Assembly: GCF_039654945.1 (NCBI RefSeq) | Contig: NW_027361814.1 | Span: 11,222,001-11,286,000, forward strand | Direction of reading: 5' to 3' | Length of the DNA stretch: 64,000 nt | DNA from: Dendrobates tinctorius | Taxonomy: Eukaryota | Shown: piece after piece, positions 12,390 through 23,160 of the stretch | Numbering within the stretch: the first letter of the stretch is position 1 | Layout: every line of letters starts with the position of its first letter | The notes under the pieces: model-generated | Databases searched by the model: none | The model's input: only the letters and a program-made list of their open reading frames with translations | Told to the model about the DNA's origin: nothing | Program-made: the position numbers and the translations under genes

Positions 12390-12538
12390 CTGCAATATAA
12401 GGGCAGTGATCTCCAACCTGTGGCTGCCAGAACAATTTATCAAAGGTGGTGCACTTGCCTACAATCCCTGCTCTCATTTTTCGGCTACCAAACCGGTTGC
12501 CTCATGCATGTACGGGACATGACGCCTCCGTACTGTAC

Positions 12539-12631
12539 CTCGTGCGGCTGCACTCCCAGCTCATCCAATGCAGACAGGAAGAAGTTCTTGGACGGCTTTC
12601 CCACAACCTCCGCTGTGACATCGCAGGCGTA
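12539..12631 (-). CDS. LHPP: LHPP coding exon 5
   Basis: AG/GT; 93 nt; YACDVTAEVVGKPSKNFFLSALDELGVQPHE, motif III GKP. Confidence 0.96.
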
Positions 12632-12705
12632 CTGGCCAAAAAAAAAAGGGAGAATTATTACTAATGTGCAATAATGTCCAACGCGAGCACAAAAGGCAAC
12701 CTTAC

Positions 12706-12769
12706 CTCCAGAGCTTTCATATAGGCCCCAACGTCTAACATCAAGCCGTCAGTTTCTTTATAATAACGT
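12706..12769 (-). CDS. LHPP: LHPP coding exon 4
   Basis: AG/GTAAG; 64 nt; (G)RYYKETDGLMLDVGAYMKALE. Confidence 0.96.
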
Positions 12770-13538
12770 CTGAAAAACATACACAAAAAAAATATACATA
12801 CAGAAGAACTGAAACAGTGGAAGAGCAAAAAGACTGATCCAAAAAACTAATTTTATTTTAATATTTTTTTCCAAAAAATGCACAAAAGGAAAGCCAAGGC
12901 AGATATGAATCAAATTCTATAAGACAGCAGTGATAACGCGGAAGATTAAGCTTTATTTTGGCCTCTAATGTAGGCAAGACAAAAGAACTAAAATACAGCA
13001 TAGAGAAGAGCACGAAGACCCTACTTCTTGGACTATCCGGAAAGCTTTCTTCAATGAGCCATTAAAACAAGTATCACTTGCTGGTTGGTTGGTGTTAGGA
13101 CCCCCCCTATACAGTAGCTGTCGGCCGAATGATCGTTTAGCCGACAGTTCATTCCATTCACAGGAATGCTCAGCTCGGCGGCTGGAATGCCAATGTGCTG
13201 AAATAATCTCTTGGGGGGTCCCCGTATACATTAGACTGCCAGCCGATCAATCAGTATCAGAGGGATTCAGCCGCTTTATCTATGTGTATGGGGGGGACCT
13301 TCGTTTTTTGGGTGGGGAGATCCGCAAGCGGTCTAACTTACAGACGACGACTAACAATATTTTTTATTATATTTATACAGATTCCTCTAGTTCGTTCCTT
13401 CATGTTTCTGATTATTTTTTTCAGTTTTTTAAAAGTTATTTTTACAACTAAAAGTTAATCGCAGCCATAAAATTTTGCGTTAGGTTATGTTTAAAGGATA
13501 TGGACACCTTCGAAAGCTTCTTTTTTTTTTTTGCTTAA

Positions 13539-13981
13539 AGGGGTCATCCAGGACTTCCTAATTTTTTTTACTATGAGCCAAAAAACTAACAGACAGGTAG
13601 TTGCTATCTAGTTAGTAACTACCTTCCTGTTCTATCTGGTGTTGGCTCAGAGTGGTCACTGCCGGCGATTCAGCTGCTCCACATGATAGGTGTGTGACTG
13701 CAGACATCATGGTGATTGACAGCCGGCTCCCCGCAGTTAGGCAGTGGGGAGCCAGCTGTCAATCAGCATGACAACAGCAGTAACTCTCTGTCAGCAGAGC
13801 AGAGCGGAAGAGAAGCCGCTGCTCGGTCGACGTGATGTAATCAGAAAGTCACAAAATTGCAGACAGAAGCGGTCTGTGACCGACCTATGCTGCGCAGGAC
13901 AGGCTGGTAATTATCAACTACCTGCCTGTTAGTTCTTAGGCACACAGTAAAAAAAAAACAATATAGTCCTGGATAACCCCT
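13539..13981. mobile_element. T2/Kolobok-type MITE
   Basis: TTAA target on both sides; termini aggggtcatccaggac / gtcctggataacccct. Confidence 0.8.
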
Positions 13982-14650
13982 TTAAATGGGCTCAAAATTA
14001 TTTTTGTAATTCAGGCTTATTAAAAATGTTGCACCATTTACTTTAGTTTTGCCCTCTTTATTGCTAGAAGCAGAATATTTTAACAAAGAATCCATCAGAG
14101 AGTTTAGAAGCCAGGCTTCTATCAGCTCTGCCATGAGCTATGATCGAAAATCAGCCGAGAGAAGCTCAGAAAACGACTGATAAAAGAGCAATAAACTCCC
14201 TGCCAGAACGAGCTCGCTGACAGGTTCTTAGTTAACGCTTATTCTGCAGCCAGCAAGAAGCAGAGTAAGAAAAAATACAGCCATCATAGTCAAGCTGTGC
14301 CAAATTTCTAATGAAATCCAATTGCAAATATTTTCAGCAAAATTCCTGTACTTGCAGTGAAGTAAAAATGAATGTATTTAGGAGTCCCACATCATGATGA
14401 TCTGTGGGGGTCCCAGCAATCAGACCCCTACCCCTTATACTGGATGTACGCACTAAATATGTACTAGTGAAAACTCACGATTACCTAATGTGTATTGTCC
14501 CCTATTCTCCATGTCAGCTGCAGGGATAATAAGGATGGCGTACTTGGATTTTAACTCCTTGGTCCATTAGAACCAATATTCCGACTCACGTTCATTCATA
14601 GGGATTTCTATAGATAATTCCGGAGACACCTAGGACGCTGAACCACTCAC

Positions 14651-14804
14651 CCTTTCCCTAGAGATATGAGCAGTGGTTTCTCCAAACTGACCAACACCTT
14701 AAACGCTCGGTTGACATTTTGATAGGAGAAGTTTTCGGCAGCGTCTCCAATCACAACGCAGTTGGGTTCGGATTTATCAATGGAGTCAAATTCAGGGAGA
14801 AGAT
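14651..14804 (-). CDS. LHPP: LHPP coding exon 3
   Basis: AG/GTGAGT; 154 nt; (D)LLPEFDSIDKSEPNCVVIGDAAENFSYQNVNRAFKVLVSLEKPLLISLGK(G). Confidence 0.96.
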
Positions 14805-14936
14805 CTAGAAGGAAAAAGGTGGTGGACATATGGATACAATTCACTAATCCATAAGAGTAAACACTTCCAGATGTGATTTTAAATGATAATAATAAGTCAA
14901 AATTGCCTTTTGGGATTGTTACATCCAATAGCGGGT

Positions 14937-15575
14937 TGTCACGCTGTGAAGGTCTTCATTAGGCAAGGGGGGCTTCAAACTGTCCCTGGAGCTGGGACCC
15001 TAATTACCCCTGTCCTGGGGGTACTCTTAGAGAAGCCAGAGACTCCGACCTTACTATGCTCCTGTAAAAACCCTAATCTGTCCCTTTCCCACCCCATGAG
15101 GCATGGGACAGAAATGAAAGGTAAACCAGAGAAAAAAGACAAGACAGGGATAACAGAAAACCTCTATCATACAAAAGCACTAACCAACAATAGGGAGGAG
15201 GATAGGGACAGGGAGGAATAAACTAAATTGAAAAATGGAACAGGAGATAAACATTCAATAGCAAACTACAGAACACCACATCTTCAATTCCAAACTTCGA
15301 CTACTTAGCACAGGAAGATGACTCTTTCACCAGCAGGGACTAAACACCCAAGGCCAGTATATATAGAGGGAGTAAAGCAGTTACAGCTGAGAACAACCAG
15401 GCTCTATGGGCTCAGCCGGCATGGAAAGAGTCCTTAACTCTCTCAGCACTGAAGAAAAGCGAAATCCATTTAAATTAGGACATGAATCACACATTTCTAA
15501 GGAGGACTGCGATTCATTACCCGTCGTGACTGTCTAACTCCAAGTCTTCCAGGGGGACGTGACACCCTTGTGACA
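14937..15575. mobile_element. Solo LTR in LHPP intron 2
   Basis: TGTCAC...GTGACA termini; 5-bp flanks cgggt / ctggt (one mismatch); TATA-like atatata near 15360. Confidence 0.65.
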
Positions 15576-15696
15576 CTGGTGCTAGAATCCATGTTCCCCT
15601 TCCTCTCCAAAGAGGCGATTTGCAAGGAATAAATGTGCCATGTGCGATGTAAAACATCTAGTATGATACAATATTTGTCTGTATAAGCCTTTCTTA

Positions 15697-16076
15697 GTGT
15701 AAGTTCACACAGGACTTTTTTGCTGCTTTTATTTTCTGCGGCAAAACCTGATCTTCTTGGCAGGAAAGAAGCTGCGACAAAAACACAGGTTTAGGTGCGT
15801 TTTTTGATGCGTCTTTGGTGCATTTTTTTTTGGGTCTCTTTGTCCATGCTAATGTCCATGACTTTTCTGCAGCAAAAACGCTGAAAAAAGTGACATGCTC
15901 TATGTCCAAAAAAAGCAGCAAAGCACAAAATCCTGATCACACAAAAAAACAATGTGTGTACAGGAGATTTCTGAAATCTCATAGTCTTTGCTGGTAATGG
16001 AAAAAGCAGGTGAAAATTAGCATAAAAAAACATGAAAAAAAAAACCGAAGCAAAAAAGTCCTGTGTGAACTTACCC
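15697..16076. mobile_element. Harbinger-type MITE
   Basis: gtgtaagttcacacaggac / gtcctgtgtgaacttaccc termini with TTA flanks. Confidence 0.75.
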
Positions 16077-16168
16077 TTACAGCTATTGTTTGCCATCATC
16101 CATCAGGTATGTTACCACCATTATTGGACAGGTGCAGCTTCTTCCGGCGTGAAGCTTTACCCACTCAC

Positions 16169-16356
16169 CGTCATGGACCAGTAGGTGAGGGCGCAATCCC
16201 TGTTCCATCATTAGTTTTCTTGCAGCCGGTCCTGGAGCCGTTACTTCATTTTCGGATATGTTAAAACCAAACTTCTGCAGTTTACGAACGAACTGGGCTC
16301 TTGTGGCCTGAGACTCATTTGTGCAGAATCGCAACTTCAAACCAGCTTGCCGGATC
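16169..16356 (-). CDS. LHPP: LHPP coding exon 2
   Basis: AG/GTGAGT; 188 nt; (R)IRQAGLKLRFCTNESQATRAQFVRKLQKFGFNISENEVTAPGPAARKLMMEQGLRPHLLVHD, motif II CTN. Confidence 0.96.
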
Positions 16357-16597
16357 CTAGTGAAAAAGACCGAAAAACTTTGCTTAATGAACGCGCAGTT
16401 CATAAATGTGCAGACACACAATCATGCATGTACAGTGACATTTCATCTCCTTGAGAAGACTTAAAGGGATTGTCCAGATTTGGGGTTCGAGACTGCAGTC
16501 ACTGTATATTACTGCAGACTTGTGACTCCTCACAGAGCGCAGTGTGCGGACACGTGGCAATTAGTTCTGTACAAGAGACTTAAACAAGGCTGGACAC

Positions 16598-17428
16598 TGT
16601 AACAAATGGAAGCGGAGGCAGAGATGGTGAAGTTCACATTCGTTTTTTATTTTTAAAGTGGAACCTCGGGTCCACAGTCCGGGGGACTCCGAAGGGGGCG
16701 TAACCAGTGAACCCCGGGTACCCGTAGTAAAGCCCCTCAGATAGGACCAGAATGGAATATCCGGAGGACACAGGTGCTACCTCCAGTAAACCCCGGACAC
16801 GTGGCAGCTGTCCCAGCGGGACCAAAAGGGATAACGGAAATAGCCGCAGAGTCCGTAATGAGGCAGGTCCCGGATCCGGGTAGTTGGTAGCTGGCTCCAG
16901 TATCCTTGTCACAGTCCTCAGACTCGGATGGCTGTTAGCGGAACGGGATGACTTTCGCCCAGATGGTTGCAGGTATAACCAGGGTTAACAGGATTCAGAT
17001 ATTTCTGTGGAAACAGACAGCATGAGAATATGCACAGAGACTGCAAATGCAGCGCAGACAGATTAGCAACAGAACCGGATGTAGCAATAATTAATACTCA
17101 TTGCTCCGGCACTCTCCCTATGGAGGAGAGGCCAGATATAACGGCCAGTGCGCTGCCATTGGATAATTGCTCTTTTGAAAAATGCGCGTTGTCCCTTTAA
17201 GAAGCCTGGAGAGCGCGCGCTCGTGCCCTAATAGCTTTGACTGTAGGTCTGCCGACGGGACGCCAGGAGGTGGGGGAAGGGAAGAGACCTGAAGGCTGAG
17301 AAGCAGCGTGGGACACACAGGGAGTCAGCTGCTGCATAGGAACAGCACGCGAGGCACGAGGTGAGTGCCCTGGACGGGGAGCAGTGGCAGACCGGGGCGC
17401 AGTGCCAGGACAAGGAGTGGGTGTGACA
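16598..17428 (-). repeat. 3' LTR of the chromoviral Gypsy
   Basis: Direct repeat of 21582-22417; preceded on the minus strand by the purine tract aagagggggcgtaaagatggggatac. Confidence 0.95.
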
Positions 17429-17429
17429 G

Positions 17430-20400
17430 TATCCCCATCTTTACGCCCCCTCTTTTTCAAGCCTGTGTGAAATCTTTTAAGAAGAAGAGGAGCCTGGATG
17501 TTCTCTTTAGGCTCGCAAGATCTCTCCTCAGGACCAAAGCCCTTCCAGTCCACCAGGTAATAGGTCTTACCCCTTACTTTCTTAACGGCCAGGATATGTT
17601 TTACCTCAAAAACATCATCCTCGGAGACAGGCTCAGGAGTGGTACCCGGATCTTTAAAGAAGGAGCTCAACACTACTGGTTTGAGGAGTGAAACATGAAA
17701 GGAGTTAGGCACACGTAAAGAAGTGGGCAACTTCAGTTTGTATGAGACTGGATTGATTTGTTACAAGACTTCAAATGGTCCGATGAACCGGGGACCCAAT
17801 TTGTAGGACGGCAAATTAAGACGGAAATACTTGGAGGAGAGCCATACCTTGTCTCCAGGGTGAAAGGTAGGCGCGTCCAGACGTCTCTTGTCCGCATGCT
17901 TTTTCATGCGCTGAGAGGCTTTCTCCAGAGCAGCTTTGGTGTCCCTCCAAACCTTAGAAAAATTTTCAGAAAAAGTATCGGCTGCCGGAACGCCAGATTA
18001 TCCAGAGATGGGAAGAAGTATTCCGGGTTGCAGTCCAAAGACAATCTGAAAGGGAGATTTTCCAGAAGATTCACTTACTTGGTTGTTGTAAGAAAATTCT
18101 GCCCAGGACAGTAAGTCTACCCAGTCGTCATGATGTGCGTTAAGGAAGTGACGCAGGAATCCAGCCAGGATCTGATTAGTCCTCTCCACTTGTCTATTGG
18201 ATTGGGGATGGTATGCCAAGGAAAAATCCAGCTCAATTCTTACCAGTTTACAAACTGCTCTCCAGAATTTTGAGGTGAATTGGACTCTGTCGGACACGAT
18301 GTGGAGAGGGAAACCATGAAGACGGAAGATGTGTCGGATGAACTGATCCGCCAGTTCAGGGGCAGTAGGAAGACCGGGTAGCGGAATGAAGTGAGCCATT
18401 TTAGAAAAACAATCCACCACTACCCACACCACAGAACAGCCAGATGAGATTGGAAGATCTGTGATTAAGTCCATTGCGATGTGCTGCCAGGGAGCGGACA
18501 GAATTGGAAGAGGCTGAAGCCTACCTGCAGGTAGGTTTTTGGCCATCTTGTTACGGACAAAGGAAGGACAGGCTGTGACGTACTCCTGGATATCCTTAGC
18601 CATAGGCCACCAGTAGAAATGGGTGATGAGCTGCAGAGTCTTCCTTTGACCGGCGTGACCTGCCAACTTGGAAGAGTGACCCCACCGAAGGACACGACTA
18701 CGTTCAGGGACAGACACGAGAGTCTTCCCAGGGGGAAGTCGAGCAAAATCAGCAGAAGCAACAGCAACTGCCCTTGAGGGTTCGATGATGTGCTGGGGTT
18801 CTTCCTCTTGATCAGGAGGCAAGAAGGCTCTGAAAAGTGCGTCTGCTTTGACATTTTTGTCAGCTGGATGAAAATGAAGAACAAAATTAAATCGAGCAAA
18901 AAACAAAGCCCAGCGGGCTTGGCGGGGATTCAACCTCTGCGCGGTTTGAAGATAACAAAGGTTTTTGCGATCGGTGTATATGACTACCTGATGAAGAGCA
19001 CCCTCCAGAAGATGCCTCCACTCCTGCAGAGCCAATTTGATAGCCAGCAACTCTCGGTCACCAATGGAATAATTCCTCTCTGTGGAGAAAAAACCTTGGA
19101 AAAAAAAACCACATGAGTTAATTCGACCAGTGGACGATTTTTGGGTAAGAACTGCTCCCGCATCTACGGAGGAGGCATCGACCTCAAGAAAAATTGTTCA
19201 TAAGAGTTAGGACGATGGAGGACAGGTGCGACAGCAAAGGCCTTTTTGAGAGAAACGAAAGCCTCTTTGCCTCAGGAGACCAATCCTTGGGATTTGTACC
19301 TTTCCGGGTCAGAGCGGAGATGGGCGCCACACGGGTGGAAAAGTTAGGAATGAATTGTCTGTAGTAGTTTGCGAAGCCCAGGAATCGTCGTATGGCCTTC
19401 AGCCCAGAAGGACGAGGCCACTTGAGTACAGTCGATAACTTCTCAGGGTCCATTTTCAATCCTGTGGAGGAAACAATGTAACCGAGGAAAGGCAAAGAGG
19501 ATTGTTCAAAGAGGCATTTTTCAAACTTGGCATACAGTCTTCTTTTCTCTGAGCCTCTGTAAGACCTGGCATACTTGCCTCCGGTGCAAGGCCAAGTCAG
19601 TTGAAAAAAAATCAAAATGTCATCCAGGAAGACAGCAACACAGGTATAGAGCAGATCCCTGAAAATGTCATTGACGAACTCCTGGAAAACAGCGGGTGCA
19701 TTGCTTAGGCCGAACGGCATTACCAGGTACTCGTAGTGACCATCATGGGTGTTGAAGGCGGTTTTCCATTCATCTCCTTCTCGGATTCGGATCAAATTGT
19801 AGGCACCTCTGAGATCCAGCTTGGTAAGATTTTGGCCCCTCGGAGACGATTGAGCAGTTCTGAAATGAGAGGCAAAGGGTACCTGTTTTTTACCGTGATC
19901 TGGTTTAGTCCCCGGTAATCAATGCAGGGCCGCAAGGATCCGTCCTTTTTCTTCACGAAGAAGAACCTTGCTCCTGCCGGAGACGATAATTTTCGGATAA
20001 ACCCTTTGGCCAAATTCTCCTGGATGTAGTCCGACATGGCCTGAGTCTCTGCTTGGGGATAAACTCTCCCACGGGGAGATGTTCCAGGAAGAAGATCAAT
20101 TGGACAGTCATACGACCTGTAGGGAGGGAGTTTCTCAGCCTCTTTTTTCCCGAAGACATCCAAATAGGACCAGTAAGAAGATGGTAACCCAGGCAGGGTA
20201 GGAGGTAGGACAGGAGGTGAGACTGGTTCAATCCGGGTTAAGCATCGGTCCGTGCAGGAATCTTCCCAATGCAGGACCTCGCCTGTTCTCCAATTAAGGA
20301 TTGGTTCGTGTCTCTGGAACCAGGGCAAACCTAAAAGTAAGGAGTGAGACAAAACAGGGTACACATAAAAATGAATTCTTTCAGTATGCATTAGACCTAC

Positions 20401-20660
20401 CCGGAGTTCCACTGGCTCAGTCTGGAACTAGACGGGTTCGGTCAGAGGCTTGCCATCGACAGCGGTCACCCGCAATGGATTGGAAAGAGACTGGACAGGT
20501 AAGCGGTAATGATCCACCAGCGTCTGCTGGATAAAATTCCTGGCGGCTCCGGAATCCAACAAAGTCCAGAAAATGTTATCTCTCCATAGGACACGGAGAC
20601 CGAGATCTGCAATGAAGGAGAGGAATTTTCTCTACCTAGGGTGGCCTCTCCTACCGAGCC
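17430..20660 (-). pseudogene. Gypsy pol (PR-RT-RH-IN-chromodomain), frameshifted
   Basis: ORF fragments 19792-20412, 19184-19795, 17998-19050 and 17197-17730; YHPQSNRQVER integrase motif; chromodomain FEVKHILAVKKVRGKTYYLVDWKGFGPEERS. Confidence 0.9.
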
Positions 20661-21568
20661 TAGGCACTGGAGTTTCCCGACTTCTTAGGGCAAGAGCGGA
20701 TCAGATGTTCGGAACTACCACAATAGAGACAACTTCCTTCCTTGCGACGCGCCTCCTGGCGGCGGCTGCCAAAACTTACTCGGTCAACCTCCTTCGGGAG
20801 AAGGTGAGGTAGCCATTTTGGAAGAACTAGAGTCCAGGTGGTAGGACCTCTTGTCTCGCTTGATCTCCATGGAATGCTCCTGAAAACGCAGCTCAATCCG
20901 GGTTGCCAAGGAAATCAGGTCATCCAAGGTGGTAGTCCTGTCCCGTCCTGCCAGCTCATCCTTAATTTTTCCAGATAGGCCCTCCCAGAAGGTAGCCAGC
21001 AAGGCCTCATTGTTCCAGGATAACTCAGACGAGAGGATGCGGAACTGAACAGCATACTGAGCCACCGTGAGGGTTCCTTGGCGTAAGAGAAGCAGGGCAG
21101 AAGCGGTCGACGTGACCCGGCCAGGTTCATCGAAGGGCCTGGGAAAAGTCTCTAGGAAAGATTGAAGATCATTAACCAGCGGTTCTCCTCTCTCTCCCAT
21201 AACGGGTTTAGCCAGGTGAGAGCCTCTCCTGCTAGATGAGACATAATGAAGCCCACTGTGGCGCGGTCAGAGGCAAACATGTGCCCCAAGATTTCGAAGT
21301 GTAGGGTACACTGATTGAAAAAACCCCGACACTGAGTGGGATCACCATGGAAGAGGGTAGGAGCTGCCAGGCGAGGACCCTTGCTTGCCGTGACAGCAGG
21401 TACCTGGGTACTGATAGATGAATCAGGGGCAGCCGGGTTCAGCAGAGAATCCATGTGGGTGGACAGGTTACGTAGATACGTCGTGATCTTGTCCTGTTGA
21501 GCTCTTAAACGGGTCACCTCTTGGCACAGATCCATAGTCAGAGGCCTCTGGGGTCCAGCGGATTCCAT
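20660..21568 (-). pseudogene. Gypsy gag (PEG10/RTL-like capsid plus CCHC knuckle), frameshifted
   Basis: ATG 21568 immediately after the PBS; F.GDPTQCRGFF.QC, LRQG..TV.QYA.QFR and CLYCGSSEHLIRSC motifs across three ORFs. Confidence 0.88.
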
Positions 21569-21581
21569 GGCCGGAGCAATC

Positions 21582-22417
21582 TGTAACGAATGTAAGCGGA
21601 GGCAGAGATGGTGAAGTTCACATTCGTTTTTTATTTTTAAAGTGGAACCTCAGGACCACAGTCCGGGGGGCTCCAAAGGGGGCGTAACCAGTGAGCCCCG
21701 GGTACCCGTAGTAAAGCCCCTCAGACAGGACCAGAATGGAATACCCGGAGGACACAGGTGCTACCTCCAGTTAAACCCCGGACACGTGGCAGCTGTCCCA
21801 GCGGGACCAAAAGGGATAACAGAAATAGCCGCAGAGTCCGTAATGAGGCAGGTCCCGGATCCGGGTAGTTGATAGATAGCTGGCTCCAGTATCCTTGTCA
21901 CAGTCCTCAGATTCGGATGGCTGTTAGCGGAACGGGATGACTTTCACCCAGATGGTTGCAGGTATAACCAGGGCTAACAGGATTCAGATATTTCTGTGGA
22001 AACAGACAGCATAAGAAAATGCACAGAGACTGCTAACGCAGCACAGACAGATTAGCAACAGAACCGGATGTAGTAATGATTAATACTCGTTGCTCCGGTG
22101 CTCTCCCTATGGAGAAGAGGCCAGATATAGCAGCCAGTGCGCTGCCATTGGATAATTGCTTTTTTGAAAAATGCGCGCTGTCCCTTTAAGAAGCCTGGAG
22201 AGCGCGCGCTCGTGCCCTAATAGCTTTGACTGTAGGTCTGCCGACGGGACGCCAGGAGGTGGGGGAAGGGAAGAGACCTGAAGGCTGAGAAGCAGCGTGG
22301 GACACACAGGGAGCCAGCTGCTGCATAGGAACAACGCGCGAGGCACGAGGTGAGTGCCCTGGACGGGGAGCTGTGGCAGACCGGGGCGCAGTGCCAGGAC
22401 AGGGACCGGGAGTAACA
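21582..22417 (-). repeat. 5' LTR of the chromoviral Gypsy
   Basis: Direct repeat of 16598-17428; roughly 10 differences in the first 200 bp by eye. Confidence 0.95.
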
Positions 22418-22729
22418 GACACGTCTAGTCAGAATATGGCTGGAAGTATGAAATTCACATGCTCGCGGTTACAAGACAGTCTGCTCCCGCCTCCGAGGAT
22501 CCTGACAGCGAGCACTGTGCATGCAATGAGAGGAGTCACAAGTCTGCAGTCACATAGAGTTACTGCAGATTTCAGCCCAAACCCTGGACAACCCCGTAAC
22601 TAGATCAGATTTTTTGGTTCTGGAATTTTTAATCCCCTGGTAACATATGTATAGTGACGTTTTTTCGTTGAGCAGGCGGCCACTTTTCCGGAAGACCGTT
22701 TTTTCACTGCAGTTTCGGGCGGGCGTGGT

Positions 22730-23160
22730 TGAGATATTTTTGTGTGATGTATTAGGTAGGAACAGTTCTTAAAGTGGATGTGTTAGAAGCAAGAAAAATG
22801 GACAAGTGTAAGGAAATGAGTGACACCAACAAGGGGCAACATGTATTGACTGTACGACTGGGCCAGAGCATCTCCATAATGGCAGGCCTCGTAGGGTCTT
22901 CCCTGGATGCGGTGGTTAGTATCTAAGACCAGGGGTCCATGTAAGGACAACCGGTGACAAATGCAGGATAATGGGCACCCAAGGCTCATTGATGAGTATG
23001 GGGAGAAAAGCCTAGCCTGTCTGCCCCCATACCGTACGGAGACGATGGATGGTAGTGCATTTTTTGGGCAACCCAAGAACCATTAACAGCAAGAGCTAAA
23101 AGATCCAGCCTGGTAAACCAGAAGGACAACCATTGCAAAATCTATAACTGTGACATTTAC
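22730..23160 (+). mobile_element. Old degenerate Tc1-like transposase 5' fragment
   Basis: atggacaagtgtaagg...cgactgggccagagcatctcc...ccaaggctcattgatg resembles the N-terminus of a widespread fish/frog Tc1-like family (recalled); interrupted by stops. Confidence 0.55.

Larger units (their letters stand above)
16598..22417 (-). mobile_element. Full-length but degenerate Ty3/Gypsy chromovirus (Sushi/Tf1 group) in LHPP intron 1
   Basis: Two LTRs of about 830 bp with TGT...ACA ends; GACAC TSD (16593-97 and 22418-22); PPT just inside the 3' LTR; gag with CCHC knuckle, DSGA protease, RT (CIDYRGLN, FLDD), RNase H, integrase and C-terminal chromodomain; several frameshifts. Confidence 0.96.
16465..22596. 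mobile_element. T2/Kolobok-type MITE split by the Gypsy insertion
   Basis: Left arm ttaa-agggattgtccag...ctgcagacttgtgactcctc (16465-16597) is the inverse of the right arm gaggagtcacaagtctgcag...ctggacaacccc (22423-22596). Confidence 0.7.
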
